From: Camelus ferus
Lineage: Eukaryota
DNA length: 64,000 bases
Direction: 5' to 3'
NCBI RefSeq assembly: GCF_009834535.1
Contig: NC_045697.1
Coordinates: 95,544,001-95,608,000, forward strand
Under the pieces are notes generated by a model. The model made no database searches, was not told the DNA's origin, and saw only the letters and a list, made by a program, of their open reading frames with translations. The translations under genes and the position numbers were made by a program. Numbering within the stretch: the first letter of the stretch is position 1; each line of letters starts with the position of its first letter. Of the stretch, positions 42,191 to 55,782 are shown piece after piece.

Positions 42191-45059
42191 TGCCCTGACT
42201 GAAAGAATAGGAGAATGTAACAAAATGTGTTTTCTAACAAAGAGTTGACCCTTTCCCCCTGTGGCACAAAACACTGGTGTATGAACCAAGTAACAAGATC
42301 TATTTTATGCAATGAAATTACATTATCGGTCCAAGGACTGGTAGCTTAGGCATAATAAGGTAACTAGATGTATAGAAAAATACAGCAGAGAACTCTGACT
42401 CTGTGTATAATTGTTTTTTCTCAGTAATTGCAGTAAGGATAACCACTCCAGACAGCATCAAGTCCCAAGTGTACCCCTCTCTTTACCTGTGTTTTGTCCA
42501 GCCCAGGAGCTAATTTTAATAAGACCTAAACATTATTTAATGTTATCTCCAATCTTCTTTCTATTTGTTTTTCTTTTTTTATTCAGAGAAGAATTCTCAA
42601 GGCCTGAATTAGTGATAAGAATAAAGGTTTAGGAAGGAAAAAATACATTTATTTCCAGTTTTAGCTAACCTACCATCATAGGACAATTGAATATCCTTGA
42701 CATAAGGCTTTTTAAAAAGAAATAGGGCTATGTATTTGAAAGCAGAAATGAACAAGTAAGTAAAGTCACCAAATATTCTTTCCCCTGAATTTAGTCCCGG
42801 TGAAGGATACACTTAATTTCCTGTCATCCCCGTGGGGGATGTAGCTGGTGACAGGTACAACTGAGGCGATGCCTCTCAGACCAGAGCATGGCTGCTGCTA
42901 CATGCATCCTTCAGTTGATTTTTTTAAAGTAGAAATCCCATGACCTGAGTCTGTTGTTGAAGTTGGACCCTGCAGCAGCCTTCCCCAAACTCTATACAAT
43001 TACTATACCTATCTTCCCTCAAGTTTCAAGATCTCCTTAAGTAGATCACCAATATATGACCTCATGTTTTATTAATAAGAAGCGGAGACATTTTTTCTGC
43101 TGCCTGTTTTTTGCTTTAAGGCTTGCATGTTGAAAAGGATACCTTTTTTTTTTTATTGTCTTAGCTACTTTATCTTGCTCAGTGAAACCAAATTCAAATC
43201 ATAAATTCTTGCAGCCAATTGTTACTGTCTAGTAAGGAGAAAAATCTTCTATTTTCTTATTAAATTGCTTTTTTATTATACATAAAATTGACTACCAGGC
43301 TCTTTCTTCATTTTGCAAGCATGACAATCACAAGAACATCTTTCAAAACCCTTATACATGGCATGACTGTAATATACTGCGTATAGGTGGCTACTTTAAA
43401 GAATGAAGTGAAACAACTACATAATTTCAAACATACAACATTTGAAATATTTATTGATCTATAAATTTGTTGACTTGCATTCTTCCACCTATTCTAGTCT
43501 ATTTCAATGCATAAAGTATTTTCAAAATTAGAATTGTCTCATGTATATGGCTATATTTCATGTTAAAGCAAAGTCAAATTTAAAAACCTAGTTTATAGCA
43601 ATTTTCTGAATATTAAGACGAAACAAACAGAATTATTATCTTCACGTATGGTCTTGTAGTTTAGTCTCTTATCTGTATTTGTCCATAGTACATTACCATT
43701 GGCATTTTTCAGAAGACCATATTTTTATAAAGTCTCTCTTTAAAAAAAAAAATTTTGCCTGAAATACTCTTCAGAGTTGCATTTTATGGTTAGTTTGAAA
43801 TTGTAGACTCTTCAGCTGGCTTTTCTCTGTCCGACATTATACTTTTAATTCAGGAAACTGTTTCATCATAGGTATTGAGGTAAGATCAGAGCAAATTCTA
43901 AATTTTGTTAGATTGATGTTATTAATCTTATCTTTTCAATATTGAAACATATAAATATTTTAGCCCAAATATTATCACAGGTATTGTCTTTTACTTTCAG
44001 GAAAACGTCTAAGATAAAGTTTTACAATGCAAAACTTATTAAAACTCTTGTCTATACTTAAGATATTTTGAATGTTTGCCAAACTTAAATGCTGCAAAAT
44101 TACAAGTTTTCCCAATTTAATTCCATTGTGGTACAGAATATAAATAGACTCAGTGAAATGGAGGCTGCATCCGAATATTCTTCTCACAAGCTAAGATGTT
44201 AATAAAAATATATACATAACAGAAAATCTTATCTATGGTTGCATATTTTATCACTTTGCTTTTATGTAAATGAATGTTAATGATTTCTGGTTTGAAAGCT
44301 TTGTTTTCAACAATCTGAATTCTCAAGCTAAAAAGCTAAAAAAAAAATTGGTGCTGTCTCCATTAACTATTGTGTTAAACATTTTCTGCCTCGTTTTGAA
44401 TAAACTTTTTGAATTTGAAAGATGTCAGAAAAATCAGCATCACTGCAATGTGTACTGAAGTTTATTAAACAAATAGTTATTCAAAGGCTCAAACATTTCT
44501 AAAGTCCAATCGGTGATGGCAGCAATTCTTTTACATTAAATTTTTTACATTAAACTTCAGTTTAATCCCCAAATTTTGTAGTATAGTTATCCTATTATGT
44601 GTATTTATGTGTATATTTTGACAACTGTAGCTTCTACATGTTAGAATGTTGAATTTTATAGAGATGCAGATTTGTTTGTGTATAACAATCCAAAGTATAT
44701 TTCTGTTCTGTAAATTTCTTACTTTAGTAAATAACAGGTTTTTTTTATTATGATGCTATGTTCTACTAATATTTGTTTTCTAATCATCATCTCAAAGACA
44801 AATAATTTTGTCTGCAATGTTAAACCTTATAAATGAGCTTACAGGACTATTTACAATAATAAAAAAAGCATCACCTTTGAAGAATGAACTTCCAAAAACT
44901 TTATGAGCATTCCATAACAATATAAACCATTACTGAAATTAAGTTAACCGATTTTGTTTTTGAAGCATCTGTCATATACTATGTTATAAAACTGGCAACA
45001 TTTAGCTGTTCTGCTAATGATGCCAAGATGTTAAGAGCTATTGTTTCACATTTCATATG

Positions 45060-45880
45060 TGCACAAGAAAAATTAGAATAAAAAAAGAGCAAAATTAATT
45101 GTGGCGGTAATGGAGATGTGCCATTTTGATTTGCCTTCAAAAAAGAAATAAAATATGCCTTTCTGGGAGGAATGTAATCAGATAACAGTCTCCAGCTGCA
45201 CCATTTGGGACCTCCTGCAGCATTTGAGTGGAGGCCCTGCTCTCTCAGGGAAGCCACGTTGACTGAACACAATGGCAATACTAGGGCCTGATGATTTCTG
45301 CACAACCTGAAACTCATTGACTGGGCAACCTTTATTCTGTACAGTTGGTTTTCCTGAGGCATTGTCAGATTTACATTGCAATCTGTGTTTCTCTCTTTTT
45401 CCCCTGTTACGGAATTAATAATGTGTCCCTCAAATCCACACAACAAAGCCCTAAATCCCTTGCATCAGAGTGACTGTATTTGGAGCTAGACCCTTTACAG
45501 AGGTGATAAAGTTAAATGAGGCCATTAGAGTGGGGTCCTTATCCATTATGACTGTTGGCCTTAAAATAAGAGAGATACCAGGGGTGCATGTACACAGATG
45601 GATGACCACGTGGAAGAGGCAGCAAGAGGGTGGCCATCTGCAAGCCAAGGAGAGAGATCTCAGAGGAAGCCAGCCTAGCCAGCACCTTGACCTTGGATTT
45701 ACAGCCTCCAGAACTGTATGGGGTCGGGGAGTGATGTTAAGTCACCAAGTCTGGGATATTTGGTTAAAAACAGCCTTAGCAAACTAATATACTACCTGTT
45801 TTCACAGGTGTCAAGTCTGCATTGCAATCTGAAGCCTTTCTTTACCCAATCCTACTTTATTCCTGTTACCTTTCACAGAC
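45060..45880 (+). mobile_element. ERVL LTR (LTR33-like) hosting an MLT1 insertion
   Basis: ggagatgtgccatttt…ccagctgcaccatttgggacc…tgaagcctttctttacccaatcctactttattcctgttacctttcacag. Confidence 0.55.
45405..45791 (+). mobile_element. MLT1A/B-type LTR
   Basis: tgttacggaatta…gtgactgtatttggag…gccatctgcaagccaaggagagag…accttgaccttggatttacagcctccagaactgt…agcaaactaata. Confidence 0.92.
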
Positions 45881-45884
45881 TCTA

Positions 45885-46325
45885 TTAAGTTCCTATTCCT
45901 TCTGTAACAGATTATCACAAACTTAGTTGCTTAAGAGAACATCAATTTATTATCTTACAGTTTTGAAAGTCAGAGGTACGAAGTGGTTTTCACAAGGCTA
46001 AAACTCAAGGTGTTGGCAGCATTGCATTTCTCTGGAGGCTCCAGCAGAGAATCTATTTACTTGTCTCTTCCGTTGTCTACAAATTGCCTGCATTCCTTTG
46101 CTTGTGGCCTCTTTCTTCATCTTTAAAGCCAGAAGCCCAGCATTTTACAGTCTCTCTCTCATCTGCCTGCCTCCTTCTTTTCACCTGTAAAAATCTAAGA
46201 TATTTAATCATATCTGCAAAGTCTCTTTTGCCAGAAAAAGTAGCATATTCAAAATATTCAAAAGTTCCAAGGATTAGCATTAGCACGTGACCATTTTGGG
46301 GGGTATATTATTCTGCTTACTGTAC
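45885..46325 (-). mobile_element. MLT1C-type LTR
   Basis: tgtaacagattatcacaaacttagttgcttaa…tttattatcttacagtttt…atctgcaaagtctcttttgcc…ttattctgcttac. Confidence 0.9.
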
Positions 46326-47787
46326 AAATGTTACATCTCCACTCCACAAATAAACTGTTTCCACCCCTCACTCTCTTTCTGTGGAAGGACCAAATAAGAC
46401 ACACAAAAACCAGTATTTTATTTAAATAAAAATTATGCTTCACAGAGTTGTATGTCAGTGCAACATCAGCAGTTGGATGCTTTCGTGATCTTTAGACCAT
46501 CATTAAAATCGTAGGAACTTTTGAAGTAGATACTGATGCATCTTCAAACATTTACAGAATCAATGTCATTGGAGCCTCTGTGGTAGATCATGAATGCCAG
46601 TAAAACTTATGGGCAAATTACACGTAAAAATCAACTTTCTTAAAAAACAGACGTTTATTAATTAATCACGCACTTTCCTATATTTTAATTTATTGCTACA
46701 TAGAGGGTTTATTGCAAAATAAAATAGTTCCACCAGACGATAAAATAAATTTTAAAAATCTTGACTTAGTCATAGAACAAGTTATTACAAACATAAAACA
46801 CGGTTACAGGAGGTCTAGACTTTACCTTTCTCCACCTCTGTTTCCTGCGCATTTTTCACGCTCACCTTAAACCATGATTTGTAACATTCTCATCAGTCCC
46901 TCTAGTAGGTTACCCAGAGTCTTTGCACATCTCATAAACCACAGTGCAGGCCACAGAAAAACTGGCTGCTACATCAAAGAACTGGCAGGGGCAACAGCAT
47001 TAACTAGCCTTACCACCACCTCTCCGTAGCAGCTCGTGTTTATTTTATCAGTGAGCATCCTAAATGGAGTGCTATTAGTTATATTATAGCCAAAAAGCAA
47101 ATAATTATCACTTTTGTTTTTCAAATTAACTCCATATTAAAGTGAGAAATGGATTCACTACAAATACCTCTCAGATATTACTAGTCATAACCTTGCAAGG
47201 ATTAAAAATATATTAAATGTATACTGGCTTATTTTATTGTGACTACTAATAAAAGTATCCTATTGAAAATAAAAACTCTGGGACAAAGTTAGACAGGAGA
47301 CCTGGACAAAGGAACCTAATCTTTATACCCTAATACTCTTCTTAAACTCACCTCTCTCAGTATAAAATATATTGGAGCAATTCTGTGGAGATTCCATTCC
47401 TTTCTAAATAACTGATGACTCAAAGGAACAAGAGTCAATAAGTTGTTCATCTTTGCCTCATGTAGATCAGTATCTGCTGTTAAATATGGAAAATGGTCTT
47501 TCATGTATTTAATTTATGGATGGTTTTCCTCTTAGTGATCAGCTGGATCTTTTCAGGTGTCTCTGCAGTCAAGGGGAGAGTTAGACAACCATCTGCCTTT
47601 TGTTATTCTATAGTTAAGTCTTTTTTATTGAAAATTGTCTACCTATCTTGTCATTAATTGAATGAATTTATCATCGTGCATATCAGTATAGGATAAAAGT
47701 ATGTTCTGACCCTGCATAATTGTTCCTATGAGCAGATTTCCAAATCCCTTCTTGTAAAACATAGTGTGCAGATATTTTTTTTCTATG

Positions 47788-48431
47788 TGTTGCCAGCGAT
47801 TGGGTTCTTGTCTCAGTACAGAAAAAATTCAGAGACGTGAAGTTTAAGAAACTAAAGTGAGAATTTATTAAGCAATAGTTAGTACACCCTCAGGGGGCGA
47901 GCGGGCAGGCCCAGGTGAACAGCTTCAATGAGCTTCTTTGGCAAGTTGGTTACATAGCATGTAAAAGTAAATGGATGGAATAATCACTGGGGAGGGGAGG
48001 GTTTGGCATCATGTTCCTTGATTTACATCCCAGCTCCACCTTCGCAAGGGGAAGAGGGATGTTTGTCCTTATTTAGTCTGGATAGGAAGTGTCATGGCGT
48101 TGGTGCATGATGGGTGCTTCTAATCTGCAAGGCTAATTTTATTGTAATGAGGGCATAATGAGCAAAAGGTTACATTCGGACACTGAGATTCCTGTCTTTT
48201 CCCGCCTTTCTTTGCCTCCAGGCCACTTGTCACCCCAAAATGTGTGATCTCTCATCAGTCCAGAGGTTCCTGCTTTTCTGTCTGCCCAAGGACCCCTGTT
48301 ATTCACATGACATATGGTTTCCTGCCATTTGGCCCGTGTCCCTCCTTTTTCTGCCCATTCCCGTCATTGGCCCCATTTGGCCCGCGTCCCCCTTTTCTCT
48401 GCTCTGATCGAGCTCTCTGCCTGCTCTGACA
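47788..48431 (-). mobile_element. Solo ERV1 (gammaretrovirus-like) LTR, 644 bp, with 4-bp TSD
   Basis: TG…CA termini; TSD tatg at 47784-47787 and 48432-48435; AATAAA on the minus strand at 47864-47869; CpGs retained. Confidence 0.9.
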
Positions 48432-48789
48432 TATGTAGCTATCATCTGGCTGACATTATTTATTGTTCAGCAGTCTCAGTGACTCACATTCTTTCTGTGG
48501 GAATATCCAGGACATTCACATATCACTTGTCATGAATAAATCTTCTTTTATATCCTTGGATATCATTCAATAATATTATCTGTTTTTTAAATATTGAAAA
48601 TGACTAAGATCCTGTTTTCCACAGTAGTCCCATCTTGGGACAAATTTTCAAAATTGTAAAGTTTAACAAGTTATCCAGAAACATTTCACTCTAATTCCTC
48701 TTCCTACTAATTTGATAAAGGAAAAATAAATCCATACCATGTATTTCTTCACATAATTTAAATACTTTAATTTTCTAAAATGTTTTTGG

Positions 48790-48930
48790 CATATGCAAAC
48801 TATATCTATTTTAGATATAAGCAAACTGGGTTTCAGAGACTTTATGAATTTCCTTTGCCCAGGATCTCTGGGTGAAAGAACTATGGACAAATACAGGAAT
48901 CCAGTGCAGCATCCATGTGATTTCTGTCAC
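48790..48930 (-). mobile_element. MIR SINE fragment
   Basis: attttagatataagcaaactgggtttcagagac…tttgcccaggatc. Confidence 0.55.
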
Positions 48931-49951
48931 AGTAAAGGAAGTAACACTTCTAGAGGGTTACATTGAAGCTGCATGTAGGTATAATGGGATGATAATGTCT
49001 CAATGATTGTTAAGGAATAACAGTGATTAAAAAGCAGTACTGAAAACCTTCCTTATCTTTGACAAGGAATCAATATCACTGACTTAAAGGAGCAGAAATG
49101 AATAGTCTATTAATGGTTAAGAAGCTTCCTTATCTTTTTGGTTCTTGGGACATCCAGAGGCAAAGTATAAAAGCAGCAGCAACAGCAACAAGAACAACAA
49201 CAGTAAAACCAACAATTCTGTGTAAATCATGGCATCGTCTCTCAACTCGCTGGGAAATTAAGTGAGTTTCCGAGAAATAAGGTCAGCATTTTAAGAGACG
49301 AAAAACCACATGAAGCTAATCTGGAAGTGTCTTGCTTTTCAGAAATGTTTTACCAAGAAATGACAGAGTGTGCCAAGAGTTATCAAACCTGTCAACCCCT
49401 CCCCCCTTCTGACTGGTGCAGGAGCAAGTGATCTTGCTAAAATAAACCTGCAGTCTTATCTGGTAAATCTAATTAATTTACGGGGGGACACAGATGGTGT
49501 TTTTATCTCATTTTCCCATTGAAGAGTATGGCTTTGAAAGTGAAAAGAGCGTATGAAAAATGAAGTATTGCCTAGGTAGATGGTGCTGAAGAAATGAATT
49601 TTGTTTTGGAGACTTGGCAGGGATAGGACACTTCTCGCATGGCCCAGGAAGAATGGATCTGGCAGGAGGTTGGTGATCTGATTAAAAGCATTTTCAGCTA
49701 AAATGTAGAGAGGACTGAGAAAGTATAAAACTAATATGAAGGTATTCCATGGTTAATAATCAGAAGAACTGGGTAAGAATTGCCCATGAATTAGTTAAAA
49801 AAAATTATTGAGAAAAGATTATGGAGAGATAAGTGTGATTTCAGATGCTTATACACAATGCAGAGTATTGAGTGACAAATAATATGTAACATTTTCTCAG
49901 TTAAGATTGATTTAATTTAAGTATGCACCAGTATTTTACGTATCCTTTATC

Positions 49952-49972
49952 CACACACACACACACACACAC
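49952..49972. repeat. (CA)n microsatellite
   Basis: Direct reading. Confidence 0.95.
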
Positions 49973-50789
49973 GTGGAGAAAGCAGAAACATTAACAAGTT
50001 AAGTAAATAAGTATATAGATGTACATAAACAAATTTTTTAAAAATTTCCAATGTGGAAAAATATGGCCTTTTTTGAATTGAAAAAATAGTTCTGTTAGTA
50101 AAAAGTACAATGTATTAAATGTTATTTAAGCATTTTACATTCCTTATCTCAATATAATTTTCCTGCATATCCTGTGCAGCGCATTTTAAATCTACCCCTG
50201 TTACTTCCCCATTATGTACATATGGGCATGTTTCTTATCTTGTCAGAGAAAGAGAGCTATAAGCAAGTTTTAGCTCCAATCTTATTGAAGGGTCTTATAA
50301 AAGTTCTTTAAATTTATAGGATTCAGTATATTTTTCTGTCAAATAGAATGAATACTCTGTTTCATTATTGTTTTCATGAAGGTTAAACAGAAATAGTTTA
50401 TGGAACAAAGTACTTAGTATAATTTCTTGGATATAGCAAGCTCTCATTCCCTACAACTGCTCCATCTCTGTATTCCTTACTCCAGATCAGGCCCATCTTG
50501 AAGTGTGGGAACTGTTCTTGATTGCATCTTCTTATTCAGCAAATAACTTTATCCATTCACTGACCTTAACAGTAAAGATTAAAACTTTTCTCTTCTTCGT
50601 TATTGTGTCTGAGCTCAGGTCCCTGGCATCTATTACTTCAAGATTTGTAACACCCTCTGTTCTAGTCCTTTTTAAATTCGTCCATCAGGCATATGCAAGA
50701 GTGATGCCTTTCCCTGACTTCAGCAAACTCCTGGACTTTGTATTGTTTTACTTTGTTTTTAGACAAGCATAGATTTAAACTTCTGACAG

Positions 50790-51200
50790 TATCATCAGTT
50801 GTGTTTAGAGGACCACTTGTCTTCCCTCACTAAGTCCAAGTAGTTGGGTGGGCCACGCAACAGAATTAAGTCTGAGGTTCTCATTTAAGCTAGGAAAATC
50901 TACCAGCTTACCCTACATCTCACATTGATTAGTCCAGGAATATGCATGTGATCTGAATAGATCTAGAGATGATTCAAGAATGATCATAAAATAAATAGTT
51001 CTCTCTTCTTGAATTTGAGGCATATAAGCCTGAATTTTCTAGTACAATTTTTGCACATCTTATGGAGCAAGCCTACCTGAGAATGAAGCCATGCAGAGAA
51101 AAGCTAAGCTCAGAAGTGGGTGGTCTGGACTAAGACCCATGGACTTGTCAGTTACCTAAGCCTCTTTTTGTGTTTGTGGGTTCCTTAAACAAGTCTGTCA
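50790..51200 (+). mobile_element. Old MLT1-type LTR within L2 remnants
   Basis: gcatgtgatctgaa…gcctacctgagaatgaagcc…ggacttgtcagttacctaagcc. Confidence 0.6.
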
Positions 51201-51659
51201 ATACATACCCCACCCCCATCTTTCTTTGTGCTATTTCTTTGGAGTCAGATGTCCCCCAAATCACACACACACACAACTGTCAATAGCTTCTCCCTCTTCT
51301 GCTTCTTTTTCATGCTCTGCTGATCTTTTTATTAAGATAGTGTGTAGCAATTTGCAGATGTTTCTGATTCCCACACAAGTCTAGTACTACATACAGGGTC
51401 AGGATGGCACGTACTCATCTCATGCTCTTACTTTACCTTATTGCCTGGAGCAAAGTAGGTATCCGTTAAATCCTTTTGAACTAACTTCTATAAATCATGT
51501 ATTTATTGAAGGAAAATTTAGAAGCCTATAATCTCAAGTGTATTTTTACACATTGATAGAATTGCATATTTTTAATATTTCATTCTTTGACTTAATTTCA
51601 CAAAATTAGGAAAAAAGGTATTTACTTCATTACAATATAGTTCACATAAAGGAAATCAA

Positions 51660-51945
51660 CAACTAGTATTATTTATTGAACATGTTCCTTGTAATAGATT
51701 CTATGTTATATGCTTTTTTATTTAGTTCTTTAAATAAACTTTTGATATAAATACAGTATTTGTTTATAATTTATATAATTATGAATATCTAATATTTATA
51801 TATTTATAATTATACAGATAAAAGGACTGATTTTTGGAGAGGTAAATTAAATAGAAATCACATAATTAATTAGAAGCAGAGGCAAAGTTGGGATTCAGGC
51901 ACCTTGACTGGAACATTTATATTTTTAACAATTACACTATGCTGC
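51660..51945 (-). mobile_element. MIR SINE
   Basis: atttattgaacatg…tacagataaaaggactga…gagaggtaaattaa…tgggattcaggc. Confidence 0.55.
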
Positions 51946-54367
51946 ATGCAAATACTACTGTTTTACTTTCTTGAGACAAATTTTTCTATTTGTGAATAAA
52001 TTTAGCATGTTTACCAGAGTTTTAATTGAACTCAATCTCTCTGGAATTTCCAGTTGACTGCACTGTGTATCAAATCAGCTATCACATTTCTTGATGCCCA
52101 GAAGGCACATGAGCAGTTGTAGTTCCCACTGAATCGCTCGACCACTGCAAGGGCTCTGATCCTCTGTTCAGCTCTTTTCTAGCTAGAGAAACCATCAATT
52201 TACTACTCTGTGTGTCAGTTACTTCATCTGTTTAAATGGGGGTGCACCACAAATTTCTTGTATAGAGTCAATTAAGTTAGGTTTTGCATAAATAAAACTA
52301 AGCAAAATTAGAGGCATTCAGTAAAGTTTTGGTTTTTTTCTACACAACGAAACTAACAAAGAATGGAATACTTTTGGGAAAAACGAATACATCCATCTTG
52401 AAGGCACAAGAAATTGGTAGTGTTCAAAATAATAATTATTGCCTCTAGGAATTCAGATTTGTGTCTTTGCTTAAAGCTGGCATATGGCTTCTTTCTTTGG
52501 TCAAGTATCCTTAACAAGGAATTTTCTGAACCTAAACTTAACTATAAGCCTAGTAGTTGCCAAAAAATTGCAGTAAGTTTTGGCTAGTTCCTAACCATAA
52601 GTTTTCGCTTACACTTAGCTTGAGTGTAAAAAATAAGTGTATTTGGAGCATTAACAACAAAAACAGAAAACTCATAGATTATGGAGGGGGGATAGGCAGG
52701 TGGAGAAAGAATAGCAGTGTTATGAGATTGAAAGAAATGTAATGTTTATCACTTACAAAATTGAAATGTAAGTTTGTGTAGATTTGGAAACAAGGAGAAA
52801 ATAATAAACTGAACATGAGATAAATAAGAAAATTATAAAATGACTAAATGCACCAAAAAACCTTTAAGGGAACTAGAGACTGGGATATGATGTTCTAGGA
52901 GTCCTTTCACCTGGAATGAAGGGTGCTTTTAGATATACTTCAAGCACATCGAACTTTTTTTTTTAATTCACCTTCAACTACCTGATATTTCCCAGCATCT
53001 TGCATGGTCAGCCCTCATGTTTAACAGATGAAAGAGTGAACTCCGTGGTTGTATAGAAAAGCAGCAAAATTCAGTGGGATTTAACTAACTCGTTTCTCTA
53101 TTAAAAGGTCATTAAGATGTCTTTATTAGAATAATCACATTTTATGAGAAATTAAGTTGATGATTTTAGAGTTTCTTTAAAATTGTGCCTGCCAGATGCA
53201 AGATTTGTCAACTGTTAAGACACCATTGATGCTGAGCACAGGAAGAAAACCGACACTAGTGATGAGAATTAAAAGTTGCAACTAAAAAAATGGAACTCTA
53301 TTCCACTTCCTCTTCATTATTTTCAGTATCCTGAAATTGAAAAGTTATTCCCTCTACTCTTTAACCATGTTGAAACACACTCATTTATTCATGTACTTTT
53401 ATTTATTCAGGACTCTTTTTTTTTTTAATATATATATATATACAATACTTGACTGCTAGAGTGATTATAAATACAAACTGACTTACAGTATTTTTTTCTT
53501 TCGTAATTCTAGCGGCCGAATAGTTTACTTACTTAATTATTCATCTCAGTGAAAATTAAACATGAGTGTGAAACTAAAAGGAACAATAACTAAAACTATA
53601 TTGTTAACTAACTCATGAACAAAAGGTTCAGGCCCTACCAAATCATACTCTGTATAGTAAATTAACTCCCAGTCAGTAAAACTTCTTCAGATGGAAAGGG
53701 TAATAATAAATTGTTTTATGCATGTACATAAGTGCAGGGACTTATAATAAAATATCCTGACCCAATAATGTTCAAAAACTTGCTGACTGCCAAGTTTAAA
53801 ATTCATTCACAAGGTGATTGAGTTTTTATTTCTCTCCTAAACTCATGATAGAAAAACTCTTATTAGCTTTCACACGTATTAGAAGAAATACTTATTCTGT
53901 GTACTTGCTCGTAGAGCAAGTGCAGTAAATCCAAAGGCATCAGAAACACTTAGAGACATTTAATTAAAGATCATATTTAACATAGGTGGGGAGACTTGCT
54001 TTCTGGGCCTATAGGACACCATAATAAATTGGAAGTAATAAACTATTTTTTGGATTTATAAAATGGAAAAATAGCACCATGTAAAATTTGGACAACTGTT
54101 TATAACTAAGAACTGATTTTAAATTACCTTTTAATATTAGAAATAAGCTTTTAGTTGTATTAAATAAAACTGAATAAATGAAATCAATTATTCCAGTTTT
54201 CATAAAGTCTAAATAACTTCTAGCAAACGTTAATATTTGAGGTGACTAGTCTTTTACAAGCCACACAGCACTAACCAGGAATACTCTAGCACTTAGAGTT
54301 TTTCAACTCACCATAACAAAACTCAGGAGATACTATATGAAAGAGCCTTTATTACACGTCTTAATAT

Positions 54368-54689
54368 ATTTTTTAAATTTTTATTAAAGTATAGTTGATT
54401 TACAATGTTGTGTTAGTTTCAGGTGTACAGCAAAGTGACTCAGTTATACACATATATTCTTTTTCAGATTCCTTTCCATTGTAGGTTATTACAAGATATT
54501 GAATGTAGTTCCTTGTGCTATACAGTAGGTCCTTGTTGTTTATCTCTTTTATATATAGTAATGTGTATATGTTAATTCCAAGCTCCTAATTTTTCTCCCC
54601 CCCCCCAACCCCTTTGGTAACTATAGTTTATTTTCTGTGTCTGTGAGTCTATTTCTGGTTTTTAAATAAGTTCATTTGTATCATTAAAT
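54368..54689 (-). mobile_element. L1 3'UTR fragment with TSD
   Basis: aagtatagttgatttacaatgttgtgttagtttcaggtgtacagcaaagtga; TSD gtcttaatat at 54358-54367 and 54690-54699. Confidence 0.95.
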
Positions 54690-55156
54690 GTCTTAATATT
54701 TGTTGGTTTTTATAACTCAATGGTACATTATCTAAAGTCCTGTTTTTCGTATAGATTTAAAATACTTGCAGGCCTAAGTAGACTCATAGCAATTAGGATT
54801 AGTTGACCAAATGGATAACTAGGCAACTGTCCAAGTTAGATCATTTCAGTATTTGAAATATCTCTCAAAAGCTTATCATCAAAGTAATCTCAGGTTGAAA
54901 CATAAACATGGCAGACTCTTCTGCTTCCTTTGAATTCTTAAGCAAATTCCATGATTTGTTTGAGAGAAAATACATGCACCTGTATATTCTGGTTGCTGTG
55001 AAGAGAGTGCTGGGTTCCAGCAGGCTGCTGGCATCTGCGAAATCAATACTGAAAAGAATCTAGAAGCGAGAGGGAAAATAAACATGAATTCCAGGAACTC
55101 CAGCAGCATCCAAAAACATGAAAAATCTCTGGGGATGTTAGTGTTTTGAATTAGTG

Positions 55157-55715
55157 TATTTGTACGAATTGAGTTGCTATAACACAGATAAGAGATTTCA
55201 GAGGTATATGTAACACACTAGATTGGAGGAAAACTTTAATATGTTTCTCTTGCCTCTCCCCATGTTCCCTTTGACAAGCCACCTGGTTCCCCCAGGTAAT
55301 ATCAGTGTAGAACAAAATCGGTGCTTGGATGACAAGTTGAAGATCGCATTTAATGACCAGCTGCCCTCAGGCATTCACTGTCACTGTTCCTGAAATAAGG
55401 TGGCAGGACTGCTGTAAAATACACTGTGGAAGCAGCCTCCTCCCATTAGGCAGCTTCTCCCTAAGTGCTTAAAAGGGAAACCAACCATGGGGTGTTGCCC
55501 TCATCCACACAGCCTATGATGCTTCCATCCTTAAACCATTCCAAACAGCAGAGTGGGAGAGAGGGAGGAAGGCTCATCTCTTCCCCGGGGAACAAATTAC
55601 AGGTGTTACACCTGTCAGAAGTTATCCCACATCTCATTGGACAGAATTCAGTCATGTTGTGCACATGGCCACCTCTAGTTGCAAGAGAAGCTGAGAAATG
55701 TTATATATATAATAA

Positions 55716-55782
<67 letters not shown>

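Noticed and set aside
44979..45787. 155-aa and 105-aa ORFs
   Set aside because: They lie within LTR33-like and MLT1 LTR sequence
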